Assembly: GCA_963514005.1 (NCBI GenBank) | Contig: OY740814.1 | Span: 14,384,001 to 14,448,000 of the forward strand | Direction: 5' to 3' | DNA length: 64,000 nt | DNA from: Raja brachyura | Lineage: Eukaryota | Shown here: piece by piece, positions 24,301 to 39,300 of the stretch | Numbering within the stretch: the first letter of the stretch is position 1 | Layout: each line of letters begins with the position of its first letter | Position numbers and translations under genes: made by a program | Notes under the pieces: model-generated | Told to the model about the DNA's origin: nothing | The model's input: the letters and a program-made list of their open reading frames with translations, nothing else | Database searches by the model: none

Positions 24301-27300
24301 GGTCTGAAGATGAACCTTGACTCGAAATGTCATCCATTTCTTCCCTCCAGAGATGCTGCCTGTCCCGCTGACTTACTCCAGCTTTTCGTGTCTACCCCCA
24401 GCATCTTGTATGTTTCCATTGACATCCCTCTCACTCTTCTAAAGTCCAATAAATACGCGAATCGCCCATCTAACCTTTCCTTAAGACAACATTGCAGGCA
24501 CTGCATCGTAAATCTTCTCTGAACTGATTCCAAAGCATGAAGTTCTTTTTAGATAAGGAAACCAAAAATGTGCACTGGACTGGTCTTGCCAATACCCTAC
24601 ATAAGTGATCATGACTTCCCTACATTGTATTCAATTTCTCTTCCCTCTGGAAAGTACTTAAAAAAAATTTTCATCAGAAAATTTCACACAATAATTCCAC
24701 CTGTTATTTATCTAAATTGTGAAATGTTGTGGGCTGTGTGCTGGTCCCTATGACACACCATTCCTTACACCTTGACAACCAGGAACATACTCATTTATTC
24801 TACCCTATGGTTCTCTTCGCCAACCGATCTTCATGCGATTATGTTATCTCCTACATCACGAGTTTTTATTTTCCGATCATAGCCTGCAATACAGCCTCCT
24901 GGATAGTACATCCCCTGTTTCACATTAATCCCACAACACGGGTTATTTTTTTCAAATAATTCTAATAACTCAGTCAAACTCAATTTCCCTTCTTCAAACC
25001 ATTGCCCGATGACCCCGAATTGATTTAAATGCCCAGCTTTAACTTATTTAACAACAGGTTCCACATTTTCCAAATGATGGACATTGAACTAACCAGGCTG
25101 TAATTTTCTATGTCCTGTGTTCCTCCATTTTTGAATAAAAGAGTTACATTTTCCATTTCCAATCCAAGTGACTTTGGAACATTTAAAAAATAGTGCATCA
25201 ACTATCTCAACAATCACTTTTTTAAGATGCTAGATCTGTCAGGACCAAGAATCTGTTCCGTTTATTGCTCCAACAGTTTGTTCAGTCCCACAGGCCTGAT
25301 GATTGTACTGTTCCTCAGCTCCTTGCCTTTTATTTCCCAATATAGAGCTACTTCTAGTTTTATTTCTTGTATTTTCTATCATTAAGACTGATCCTATACA
25401 CTTGTTTCATTCATCCTCCAATTCATTTCAATGACTTATTCCCCAGGCTCACTTTTTTTATGGGAGCAATTTGTTAACACTTTATTTATTCTCTCCCACC
25501 TTTTGCTAATTAGCCCAGACTCGGGAAATCTCTCCCTGACCCTTTACCTCTATTTCCTCCTTAAATGGACCTACCTCCTTAGCCAAGCTTTTGGACTCAA
25601 ATTCTGTGAGACAGATTGTGGCACTTTGACATGTGAATGTTCTGTAGTAGGCCATCCTTTGGTTACAGTAGGAGCTCTCACACTATAATCAGATACATCT
25701 TGTAGACTGTTANNNNNNNNNNNNNNNNNNNNNNNNNNNNNNNNNNNNNNNNNNNNNNNNNNNNNNNNNNNNNNNNNNNNNNNNNNNNNNNNNNNNNNNN
25801 NNNNNNNNNNNNNNNNNNNNNNNNNNNNNNNNNNNNNNNNNNNNNNNNNNNNNNNNNNNNNNNNNNNNNNNNNNNNNNNNNNNNNNNNNNNNNNNNNTGC
25901 CTGTCAGATGTGGAGAGGATGTTTCCTCCTACGGGGGAATATGCAATTAGGAGCTTTCTGTTTAACTTAAGAGCTCATCGATTTAAGTCCAACACAAGGT
26001 CAACATTGTTCATTCAGACCCTCTGGAACTCTCTTCCATGGATGAGAGAAAACCAGGGATAGATGCAAATGTCATTTGAGTGTATAGTCAGTTCAGTGGT
26101 TTTATTTAGATTCCACATTTCCATTTTTGTATATATGAGGTTCACTGACTGTTGAAAGTTCTTGTTTAATCCCTGACATAAATATTTTGAAATATGTTGG
26201 TGTGATTTCTTATTTAATGTTTATCCAAAAGGAGGTTCTGGCGCCAGGATGCAGCACCCCCTCTCTACACAACAGCACCCTGCGAAGCACCATATTCCAG
26301 CTCATGATCAACACACTGGACCCCTTAACTGAAGGTGAGCCATGAGTAACGGGTCACTCACACTGAACAGGTCAGGTCAGGTCCCCGTAATGAGATGCAA
26401 TCTTGTGCTGTTTGCCGTTATTTATAACTAGGGAGTTGTGATTAAAAATACATAGCGGCTAAAATTGCCATCAGAATATTAAGCCAAAAAAAATCTTTGG
26501 TGTAATAGCAAAGTTACTTCAATGTTAACTAAAAACAATGGATTGTTTTTTCCACAAAGTTCGCTGTCAAGTGGTCTTTGTGAAGGACCCTCACTGCACT
26601 GGACAGAGGTTTAACTGGAATTTCAGTGGAGGCTTAACACACCATTAATAAATAGCAATAAATTGTAAAAGATTTTAAGATCATTCCTCATTTCTCCCAG
26701 TCTTGTTCATTCCCATTCCTTAGATCTTCGCGGGCTTTTCCAGGGAGGGGAGACTGTTTCCTCGTGGAGAATCTGGAACCTGTGGTCAGTGTTTAAACAC
26801 AAGGGGTTGCCTATTTAAAACAGAGAAGAGGTGTAATTTTTATTTTCTCACAGAATTGAGAGTCTTTGGAACTCTCTCCCTCAAAGGGAGATGGAAGCTG
26901 GGTCATTGAATATTATCAAGGCAGAAGTAGACACATTGAGATAAGCAAAGAGCAGAAACATTGTTGAGGGGACATCGACCGTGAATTATTGAATGGTGGC
27001 ATAGGCTCGTGGGATGGAATGGGCTCCAGCTCTGGATTCATATATTTGCATGTTCAAGAGGATGGTCACGGAGTCTGGTCTCTGATCCTGTTAGCGTGTT
27101 TCTGTCCAGCCAGTAGTGATTCCATGGAGGGTCGACTCTCCATCCATCTGACCCCTTCCCATGTCACAGAATAAACTAATAAACAGCTTCATATTATCAA
27201 TAAAGGGCCTTTTAACTCAGCGAAGTTAGTCTCCTTCCGTACTCGCCCTCTGACACCTGCAGGATTACCAACTCTGCTTTACAAAGATAGATAAGCAGAG

Positions 27301-30300
27301 ATTGGAGGCTAATCAGATAAAGTGAGAGGAGCTGCAGCTGGTGCCCTGTCCCCATCAAGCAGTACCCTGCTCTTTTCCTTTCCACTGGGACACTGGGCTC
27401 AAGAGGAGGCACCCATGTACTCAAATCCCCCATTATAGAAGGAGGCTACTTCAGAAGTTCCCTAGTACAGAAATTACAAACAATATGCTGCAGGAACTCA
27501 GCGGGTTGAGCAGCATCTGTAGAGGGAAAGAAATATCAACGTTTCAACTTGAGACTCTGCATCAGGTTTAAGAGTGGAAAGGGATGATAACCAATACAAA
27601 ATGAAGATGGATTTCTTCCTTAGCAAAGAACTTTCTCTCTTTCCCGGACTTTGATAAATGCTCAGAGTTGTCAATACCAGCTGGACACATCACTGATAGT
27701 TTCACCAATAGTCACAAGCCCTGTGGATTGGTTGTTCATCAACTCTTTCATAGCCAGTTGGATGAATAAATGATTCTTGGCCTGCAATCAAGCACTACTC
27801 AGGGCCCTGGCACTACTGCTTAGACAGTGTGCCGTTCAGAGTCTCAGGGGCTCCTCATATGGAAGCTGGAGCTTTGTCTTCCAGTGTTTGGCTTCATCAA
27901 GGAAGCAGAAGACGCGATATTAAAGAGGGACACGTTTCCTCATTTCAGTGATGATCGGTGTGGTGTTACAGGTGCAATATGAAAGCAATTGTCCGCACTG
28001 GGGAGAGAAATGTAAATTAACAAATTACTGCTTAATGAAGAGCAACACTGCAGTTAGTATTTCAACACTGCATCCTCACTCACCCACCAACACACTGGCC
28101 AGACTGTAGCTCTGCAAATCTAACACATTGGCATGTTTCCTGCCATTTCTCTGTGCCCTTTCTCTGGAACACGTTCCCTTTTTCCTGAGCTGAGGAACTT
28201 TGTCCTTGCACAAATAACTTGCCCTGACCTTCTTTCCAACTCCACCTCTCAGAGTGTTTGAGCTGGGGTTTGAACATGTCTTGGAACTAAACTTTTGGCC
28301 CAGATTAAAATTTCCTTTCATATTTCTGGAAAAACTCAAACGCACCTCCCCAAATGAAGTAGCATACTTGTTCCTTTGCTTAACATAAAATGTCATTAGT
28401 TTCAGCGTCAGGAAAGCCCCGGTAGTCACAGACTTGAATCTTTTTCAAATCTCAACTCGCAAAGATATAGTTCAATAGACGGCTGAAATGAATTGATTTT
28501 GTTGATTGGAATTTGCTAATTACTGGGAGTTTTTCTCCCTCTGCAAATTCCATGTTTGACCTTCCCAGCAACCTGGCTTTGCTCAGGCAGCCAGTCCCTG
28601 TTACTGGATGCGTGTGAGATGAAGGAAAGTTCTTGGGTAGTAATAAGATTTGTTGAGAGCTGAACAAAAGCTGGATCAAAGCGGGAGCCAATCAGCTTAA
28701 CACCAAGCGATGAGTTAGCGCTCAGCGAGCCCTGTCCGCTCCATTGCAGCGGCTACCGTCTGCAATGTGACTCCATCTCACTATCACTCATTGACCGAGG
28801 GCAGCATCTGCACAGATACAGGACAGTTACTGCAGGAATACGCCATCCGACTCTCCAGCCCATACTGGGTTTGTCCAAGAGCTGCCTTGCCAGTCCTAGA
28901 TCCCATCTTCTCCCCACGGTTCTGCACATCATATCCATTCAACTATTTACTCAGCTTTTTCCTAAAAGCGAGTTTGAATTTGCCCTCACCACTTCTCCAG
29001 CTTCACATTTCTGGCCTTAATTACTTGCTATGTAGATAATTATTTCCTCATGTCATTTTTGACTATTTTCCCAACTACTTTAACTTTCTCCTCTCGGCCC
29101 TTCCATCAATGGGAACAGTTTCTCTCCTCTCTACAATGTTTACATCCTTCATGAATTTAAATCCCCCCCCATCCGATCGTCTTGCATACAGCCCTGTACC
29201 AAGGAGGGAACCTCAGCTCCTCTAATCTATCCACAGAACTAAACATGTTAAATCCTGAGATAATTTCAGCGAGTCTCTTCAGCACTCTCTCGAAACCCGA
29301 TAGACCTTGAGGTCATCAGTTGAAAGTTTTCTCAAAACTTCCTTCCTGTGCTCATTTTTAACAAAGCCCCAATTCCTATGTTTTTAACCACTTACTGGAT
29401 GTGCCCAAACATTTTCAGTGAGCTCTGCACATATACTCTAGATCACAATTCTTAGGTCCCTATTAGAATTGCACTCTCTAGATTATATTCACCAGTTCGT
29501 TCTTTATTTTCTGTCAATTTACTAATTTCCATGCTGCTGCAGACTCTTTAATCCCTGGTCTCCAATCTCTGCAAGAATGCTTTTTAGGAATCAATACCTA
29601 CATCATCAACATTTCCTTCATCAATCCCCTTTATTCCTTATCAAAAAGTCAGTCCAGTAACTTAAACAAAATTAATCTTTTACAGATCCATACTGCCTTT
29701 CTTTAATCAATTATATTCCCAGTTTCCCAGTTAGTACTAATTCTGTCCAAGACTTGATCCAAGGACTTGCTCCGTCAACGTGGATAAACTGTCTGGGGTG
29801 TAGTTTTGGGGTTGATCCCTATACTTTGATCGAGGGAACATGTGCAATTTTCCATTCTTCAGGCACCATCTCTGATGGTGGTTGCATGTAGAGAACTTGG
29901 GATTGGCAGCAGAGGTGTAGAACATCTTCTGCTAGGAGTCATGCCACTGTAGAGGAACTTGGAGTGGGAGGTTAATGCAAGATAATGAAAAGGTTACATT
30001 GAATGGTTAATGTACACAAGAATCAGAGAGAGAGGTTCCGAGTCCGACCTGGGAAATGTGGTATTGAACAAAAGCTAAAAGCTGTTTATGTTACTGCACA
30101 GAGCATTTATAACATGAACAAATAAAAGGGCATAATGTTATAGTCATGGCTGCAATGTGTGCAAGAGTGGAAATTACATTTTGTAGGATTCTTAACTTTT
30201 AGAAGATGAAAGTGAAGAGGAGGGGCGAGGTGGCCCAGATTTTAAACAAAAGGCTAAAGACATCAGTGAGGAAGCTGCAGAGCTCAGAAGATCCACAGGC

Positions 30301-33300
30301 TTTGAAGGAGTGGTCCATAGATCTCAATTTGTTGTTAACTTTCAAACATATCCCCGGGTTGTTGAGTAGATCGCACAGATTAGAATGTGGCTAATGTAAT
30401 CTCACCATTTAGGAGGCGATGGAATTGAGAACATGAAGAACTGCAGACCAGTTCACTTTACGACAGGACAGGGAAGATACCGGAATGTTTTTTTAAAGTA
30501 GAAGTGACAGTAATAAGATTGGAACACGATCAGTATGGATTGATGAAAGGGAAATCTTGTTCAATAAATCTTTTGATTTGAACCTTTGATAATTAACCAC
30601 ACAAGGGATTACTAACATAACTAGAATGCAGTGGGGATTAGTTGGTGTGGACGGAGGATTGGTATTGGATTGAAAACAAGGAGTAGGAATATATCGACTG
30701 TAGGCTGGGGATCTGTGAGCAGTTGTGTCCCTCAGAGACGGATACGAGAACCCCAGCCATTCACAAACTGTATCCACAGCTCTGAAGCTGATGCTCACAC
30801 AATGTAAAGAACCACAAACCTTTACATGTGTGGACTGCACATTAGTGAACCAACAACCTGAAACCTGGCTGGCCATGAAAGTGGCATAACCAGGAAGTCA
30901 AAGCTGCTGAGGTTTGTCACGTCAGCATGGCAATGTCGGTATGGTCTTGGGCCAAGTTTGAATTCATTCTCAGACCGGCACCATCCTGAGGTCAAGTTCA
31001 ATGAAGTTTGGGAATTGTTGGGGCCAGTTGTACAGACCAATGTCTGACAATGTCCCAGTGTAGAGTCACTCTCCAGTCCACGTGACCACCCGACAAATGT
31101 CTGCACAATGTTCATAGGTCTGGAGGTAATGATCTCGGGGTGGAGGGCCCAGTCTAAGTTGGATGCAGAGGATGGTGACTGAGCTCCAGCAGACTCACAG
31201 ACGGAGGTTGAATGAAATCCCATCCCCATGTCTCATCTCCAACTCCTGCAGATGGTCACAAGGAAGTTGTCTGTTCGTGCTTTCACTGCCCATTCTCTCA
31301 AAGAAACAGATTCTTTCATCTGCTGCTCTAACTGAGAGCTTAATAAAGAACCTGCGTAAAGCCAGAGTTTATCACAGTAAAGTATTCTGCATCCTTGAAG
31401 GAGAAAGATAAGTGCGGAAACTTCGGCAATGATGAACACTACCCCTCCCGTATCAACCACCCATCATCCCTCTACCATCAACCACTCTTTATGTCTCCCC
31501 CCGATACCCCTCCCCATCCAAGCCTGTCGTCCCTCAAACACCCACCCATCAAAGCTCTATTAGCATCTATCATCCCCTCCACCAATAACCATACTTCACC
31601 CTTCCCCATCAACCAGTCATCACCCCTCCTCCAGCAGAACCGCATCACCCTCTCCCCATCAACCATACTTCACTCTTCCCCTTCAACCAAACATCACCCC
31701 GCTCCCATCAAAGTTTCCTTCCCCCAGCCTCAGCGTTTCATCACATGCCCCCACATGCACCCCATTTCTACACAAAGCCCTTCACCAGCCTAACACCCAG
31801 CTCATATTCCCACATTACCCATAAAAAACCACTGTATGTACCAAATGCTGTCTTATCACCTTTTCCTCTCCTTTCATCCAGGGGCCCAAACTGTCTCCCA
31901 AGGCAAGCAGTGATTTATTTGCACTTCTTCCAGTCTAGTGAACTGTATGCACATGCACATTTTAGCAGATGATTGAAAAATCGGAAATTGAAGGCTCCAG
32001 CTTCAACAGGAGTTTGGGGTGGAACTTGTGTTAAGTGTTAGCCAAGTCACTCATGGTGATTTCAGAAACTTCTCCATCTCTTTTGTTTGCAGTGAAGTTT
32101 ATGCAGAAAGCTGAAGTAATGAACAATATGGCCAAGGGAAATGGAAGCCCAAAAGAAGAACGACAAACAAAAACGAAAGGTGAGACCCAGAAATGCCAGT
32201 GAGTGGATAACAGGGCAGTAGAAGAAGGAATGGTGTCACCATCGGTGGGTCCAAGCACTGTCTTCTTGTTTGGCCAAAACTGAGTTTCAGTTGGGGGAAC
32301 AAATGGAAGGGGAACAAATACATCGCAGATATCCCAGGAAAGGCAGAAGTTTATTATTGACCATAAACTAGGGTCATTGTCTTCCCCAGTCTGCCACCTG
32401 AACCATAGTACAACCAGTCTGCTTCCATTTGGTTCACTAATCTGGCTCGGGGGGAAAAGCCGAGTTCAGCTATCTAGTGATGTTATGTCCTGGTCTAAAC
32501 TTGCCAACCGCTTTGCCCAACACGTGTGTTCTGTCTGGTAGGGCCAGATGGAGAACCCAGTCACTATCCAGTTGAATTTGGCTTCCCAGGCCCATATCAA
32601 TCTGTCTGGGTTTGGCCTCCTGCATTACCAGAGTGAGGCCACGTCCAAACTGCAAGAACACCAGCCCACAACCCCCATGTCATGAACATTGAATACTCCA
32701 GTTTCAGGTCCCCCACATGTCTTTAGCCACCATCCCTCCCTCTGGTTCTACATTTTATTCTGCACCTTCCTTTTTTTATTAAACTCTACCATTTCAACCA
32801 CTCCTTCCTGGGTCCACCTATCACTTGCTAGCTCTTGCTCCATCCCTCCCCTTCCCTCTTTCTACCAGTTTAAAGAATGGTCCTGACCCAAAACATCATC
32901 TGTCCAAACCCTCCACAGATGCTGCCTGACCCTCTGAGTTCCTCCAGCACTTTGTTGTTTTGCTCAATATTCCAGCATCTGCAGCCTCGCGTGTCTTTCT
33001 TATTTTTGGTCTGTTGCCCTGGCACTTTGACTAGGTATTTATGCATGCAAAAGTGTAGTGTGGGTGCAAGATTAAAAGATCTAACAGATACAGGCAGACA
33101 TTGTGTGTAGGTCGCTGTGGGGAGTCCTGACCAAGGAGATAGATAATTATAATTCATTCCAGACCATTGAGGGTGAAACTAGGACACCTTTTCTCATTTC
33201 TCTTGAGCTGGTTCGACATGTTGAAGTTTGAGTTCAGATCAGCCATGAGTTTATTGTCCAGCTATTATCTGCTACGTTTTGTCCTGCCTCTCCCCTCTTC

Positions 33301-36300
33301 CAGCTTCCTTCTACTCCCCCCCCCCCCCCCCCCACCCCCCAAAGCATCTATAGTTCATTGTTTCTGCTGTTTGACAATTTTTTTTTTAAATGAGTTCCAA
33401 TCACAATCCAGTTACTTACTGATTACTAAATGCTCAGGACACAAAACTGCAATGATTGTGACATAGAACAAGGTAGTGCAACCAAAGGCAATGGTAGAAA
33501 TGGGATGCCATCACGACCACTTGGCAGTTTGGAGACCATAGGGAACTTTTCTCAGTGGACTATGTGCTTCAGGGGGTTCCTGGTCAGGTACAGCACAGGC
33601 TATGCGCTGAGGAAAGCTTCCTTTGCTTTGTCCAACAAATGCCACAGCCTCAGTCCCACCAGTGCAATTGGTATTCTGCAAACTAACAGTCTCTGGGAGA
33701 TTGTTATTTAGTACCAAATTAACAAGTCTGGAATGTATGCACACACAAAGGCATATGGAAGAGGTCGGGCGGTATTCATCAAGGCAATTAGGAGGGGAGA
33801 GAGGGGGCACGCTTTGGTGCGTGTGCAAAATTAAGGTAAATCCTAAGGCATTTTGTGAATATGTTAGGAGCAAGAGGATTCAAGGGGGAAAAAATGACCT
33901 GTCAGGGACCAGGGGGCAATCTGTGCATGGAACTGAAGGACATAACATGGATAGATAGCAAGGAAACAGGCCCTTCAGTTCAACTCATTTATGCAGACCA
34001 CGTTGTCTACCCAAGCTAGTTCCACTTGCCTGTGCTTGTCCCACATCCCTCCAAATTTTCCCATTCATATACCAGTCCGAGGAGATTGCTGGGGATTTGT
34101 TGAAATCTTCCCTGGCCACACGTGTGGCACCAGAGGACTGGCGGACACCAAATGTGGTTCCCGTGTTCACGAAGGCGGGAGGGATAATTACAAACCAGTG
34201 ATCAAGAAATTACTGGTAACAATTTTGACGGGCAGAGTAATCTACACCAGAAGAGCTAGGGATTAATCTGAGATAGCCAGGTTAGCTATGATGAAAGATT
34301 CTGTCTGACTAGTTTGTTTTATTTTGGAGAAGTTGACTAAGTATGTTGATGAGGGTGGTGCATTCGCGTAGCCTTCATTCCGTAGCTCACTGGACTGTAA
34401 TTATAGGGCCAGCCCCTGCTGTTTTTCATGAAAATAGATACCACATTTGCTGTCTTCTAATCATCTGGCACCCCATGTATGGCCAGTGTAGATTTGATTA
34501 CCTCTATCAGGGCTCCAACAATCTCATCCATTGTCTCCCACAATAGTCTGGGCTATATATAATCAGGCTCTGGAGATCGATCCACCTTTAGGCCCTTGAA
34601 TAACTTTTTTAATATCACGTTCTACAATTCTACCATCCCTCTTCCTAAATTCTTCAACAAGAAGGGTTTTCTTCTTGCAGATACGATTTAAGACTTCACC
34701 TAGGCCCTCCTATTCCAGGTTCAGATTTCCACTTTAGTCCCTAATAATGGGCCCCACTCTTTTCCTTGTTACCTTCTTGTTCTCAATATACGTACAAAAT
34801 GTTTTGGATGTTCCTTAATCTTTCCTGTCAATGCTATTTGGCAGAAACATTTTAAGTAACCCACTGGACTTCTCTAAACCCAATATAAACTACCATCTTT
34901 TCTTTATCACAATTAGCTAAAGATCTAATAATCTAACGGTAAGGAAATATTTATATTTACACATTGCTAAATCCAGTAGCCGCTGACTATGTTATATCTG
35001 TATAAGGTAATGAGTTGGGAATGCCATTCAGTTCCGTCACCACCTACGTCTGATCCTGTTGTAGTGAATCACTTCTTCAGTAACTCTGGGGTTCATTCAG
35101 CATGAGGTGAGGATGTTTCCCAATTTGTTTCATTGCAAGTCTCAGAGACAATGCATTGACCTACTGCACAATGCAATTTTTTAGCAATATATAATGCTAG
35201 TAGTTTGAATCTCAAGAGCAAAAGAATATTCAGCAGACTCACACTAATCATTTTGAGGTTCCAGAGAACTTTAGAGTTCTTGAGAACGTCTCTTCTGTAA
35301 GTAGAGATATTGGTCTGGGTTTCCCCCTTTCTGTGGATTCAGATGGCACTATGGGGAGATGTCTAACCATGACATTTGAGGCTCCCCCAAAAATACAAAG
35401 CAAGAGTGTTATTAAACAGTGAACGAAAATAGGAAACCCCTGTCACCGGATTAAGGCTGCGTGATGCTGAGAGGGGCGCATCCTTTCCTTTCACTAGTCA
35501 TCTGTCTAGCAACACCGCTACCAGGCTGGTGTCAAGTCCGTAAACTTGCTGCAACACCAACTGAACAATAAAGGCCACATTGCTGAACTTTAGTACAGGG
35601 ACCTTAGTATTGTCGGTGATATTTGAAGATGAAAATGTCCCACTTTAGGAATCCTCTGATAACCATGTTAAAGCAGAATTACAAACCAGGAGGTCAGCTC
35701 CAACACAATAATCAACAGAGAAAGATTATACACGTGATTCTTTTGGCTACTAACCTCAACAATGATCATTTCTGAATGATAATTGTTATTAATTAAGACT
35801 GCCATTATGGTTAAATTTAAATGAACTTTTCTGAGATTAAAGAAAAAATCATTCTGAAGTGAAATTGTTGGTATTTGCTACCCAATGGTTGTTCAGATGA
35901 GTTGGCAAATGATGTAAAGGAAAGTCATACTGGGACTCCTCGGAGTGCACTAAACAATCAATGAAATGTGCCAGAGACTGGAGTCTCATTTGGCCCAGTA
36001 CAGGAAAGGATATTAGGGCACCTCCTTAAGTTGGTAAATCCGTTTCATGGAAACTTTTACTGAAATAAATGTTTCAATTTTAGGGGGCACAACAAACTGC
36101 AGATGCTGGAACAGGTAGCAAAAAAAGGAGAGCAGCTGGAGGTCGGGCAGCATCTGTGGAGGAATGGACAGTCTTTTCATTTTTAGTATTTATTTATCTA
36201 TATTACTAAAAGTCTGATCTTGACCACTTCCTGTTGTTCTGTATATTGATTTTAGAAAAAACACTGCCACTTACGGCTGTGATTTTTGGCCATCTTACTC

Positions 36301-39300
36301 AGAGTCCCCCTCCGTTGCGCAGAACAGGATTTTTCCCATCGATGAAAAATAAAAGAGTTATTAGTGTTTAAAAAATGTTGAGGTTATCTCTCCTGAAGGC
36401 CACGCCCCTTCTGGAGGGACTATAAAACCTGAAAGTGTTGAGTGCCTCAGTCAGTCTCTGCAAGATGGGGGAGCGAGAGGGTCACGTCTCTCAGTCTGAG
36501 CTTTGAATAACACTGAACATATGTCTACTAAACTGTGAGTGGTTTTTACTGACCTGTCAGTGCCCTTAATGTGGTTTGAAAATATAGTTTGGAAATGCTA
36601 AAGCTGTGTTGCCTTTGATTTGGAAATGCTAAAGTTGTGTTGCCTTTGGTTTGGAAATGCTGAAGCTGTGTTGCCTTTGGTTTGAAAATGCTAAAGATGT
36701 GTTGCCTTTGATTTGGAAATGCTAAAGCTGTGTTGCCACACAGTTCCCACACTTTCTGTTTCAGATGGAGAGACAGAGGAGAGGACAGATCTCCCGAACA
36801 CGGTGAATGTCCCAACTGACCCGCCAGCCACATCACCCGAAACTAAGGATGATGCCAATACTAACCAGGACCCAGTACGTGATCCCAAAGGTTTCACTAA
36901 GATGCTTGTTCCTTTTCTCTGTTGGGTTCAATGGCTAGCAGGCAGGAGGGTGAGGGTGGTGCTACTGGGTCAGGTTCAGTGTTAATTGGGTACTGTATCC
37001 TCTGAGATACAGGCTCTGGGGCTTCAGAAAGAGCACCAAAACTCTTTCAGTGTATGCTTTGATGAGCTGACACTGATATTCTGGGTGAAGTTTTACAATT
37101 TTTAAAGGGGATTATGTAAAGCTGGATGAGGATCTTACAAGGAAATATAAGATGGAAAACAACATTGGGATGATTCGATTGAGAGACAAGTAGCATTCTA
37201 TGGATGCTAATTGGAAATCAGGGATATATTGACAATTCATCTCGACTTCAATTTGTCTAGCATGGATTCCATTTTGTGGATGTATTTGTTGAAGAAATGA
37301 CAAACTCACGTGGGTTGATGTTGGTGACTTGTCTCTGTGCACTTTCAGAAATATTTTGATAAAATGCCACATCATAACACAAATGAATCTTGAGAGTTTG
37401 AAGGAGCATTGGCTGTGTGGAACTACATAATGTCATTGGGACAGAAAGCAGAGAGTGATGGTGAAATGTTATTTCTCAGGATGGAGGGAAGATTGTGGGG
37501 TAATTTCCCAGGATGGGGGTACTGAACCTCTGTTCTCTACGACACGTTAGCAACCCAGAGTTTGGTACATCGGTCTTCATTTCAAACAGTGCAGAGAAGC
37601 TATAAACAGTGAAGCTATTGAAACTTCAAGAGAATGATGATTGGTTGAAGTAGATGCACTATAATGCATAGAATTGTAAGGGTCACTCAGCTATCCAATA
37701 TGGATGTGGTGTTTTACATTGTTTCTGAATAACATGGGTTTGACCTTATTAAGAACATTATTATAGCTTTGAACAGTAAATTCAGTTCCTGGCTTTGGAG
37801 GACCATACTCTTTCAGAACATGTTTTCACTGCTCTTTGTATTTCTGATGTTTGTCCGTGGGATATTTCACAGCAGTTTCAATGTACAGCGAATGCCTTGA
37901 ATGAATATCTGTAATTCTGATGCTCAGTCATTTCCCATTAGAAAGAATCAGACAGCAAGGGTGAAGATGATGGAGGTGGAGGTGGTGATGGAGGTTCTGA
38001 TGGTAACGATGACGATGAGAGTGATGAGAGTGATGAAGATTCTGATGACGAAGATGAGGAGGATGAGGAGGAATCCGATGATGAAGAACCTTTAAGTCTT
38101 GAATGGCCAGACACGCGAAGGAAACAGGTCACATACCTGTGTCTTCTCCCCATTGTGTTTCCACTCTGGCTCACAGTGCCTGATGTCAGAAACCCAGTAA
38201 GTGAGGCAGTATTGTGAAAAGATTAGTTATTAGCAATGAGCATGTGTCATGCCCGAAGTCTGATCATTTCTTAACCAGGAATTTATGGACATGAACAACA
38301 TGATCACTCTGTGCCTTCTATGCATACAAATTCCTTTGCTTTGTTTGCCTGCCCCAAAGGTTTAGGTTATATTTCCTAAAAATTGTAAAAGGGATACTGG
38401 TGAGGTGTCTTTATCTTTTTGTTTTACAGGCTTCAAAGAAATTCTTCATTGGTACTTTCTTTGGATCAATTCTGTGGATCGGCGCATTTTCATACTTGAT
38501 GGTGTACCTGGCTCACCAGGTAGGTACGTGTTCCTGATCCCACGTGGGCTCAATCCATGTCTGTGTCAACTACAGAAAGAATATTAAACCCAGGATGCAC
38601 AGCTTTAAGTCATGAAACTCTTAAATAAATCAAAGAAGCACAAAACAGACATTGCAGATGTTATTCTTCAGAAATAATTCCAATAAACAAAAGCTCAAGA
38701 CAGTCACCCTCCACTTAGTGGATTACTAAGCATTTAAAATGATAAAACTGACACAACTTGATACATAGAAAACAATTTATACAAATTCAAATAGATTTTG
38801 AAACCACTGATCTCATTGTGAGAAGTAACACTGCTGCAATTAAGCTTGAAGGAGCATCAGAACCACTGCATTTTGTAGGTGTGTGTGTGACTAAATATTC
38901 TCATTAGATTATAAATCTTATCCGGGCAAACATCTGGGAAAGTGTAACAAAAAAAAACTAAATGGGAAAAATGATTTGATTACTTTTTCCATCGTCTGGA
39001 TGGAGGGGAGATGGTTTCCACAGAATTTGCCTGAAATGGTTGAGTTGAGTAAATGAGAAAGACTTCAGCACCGTCCAGGCACTTCATAAAGTTTTCTCCT
39101 TTTAATGAAAACGCATTGTCTGTGGGTCAGAGTTTGCATGGTGCAATGCTCTTTGGGATACAATCCAGGAAGGTGCTGACTGGCTGTGGGGTAAAATAGC
39201 TGGACATGGTCAATGTGGATCTGCAGCAGGCTAACACCATGTTCAAGTGACTATTTCTGCGATAAGTCCCAGACATATTGAATGTTGAAGGCATGCTTTA

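Noticed and set aside
36585-36737. Regular 31-bp repeats (and the 4490-4700 repeats) as a CRISPR array
   Set aside because: No unique spacers, no cas genes, and a eukaryotic context; these are minisatellites.
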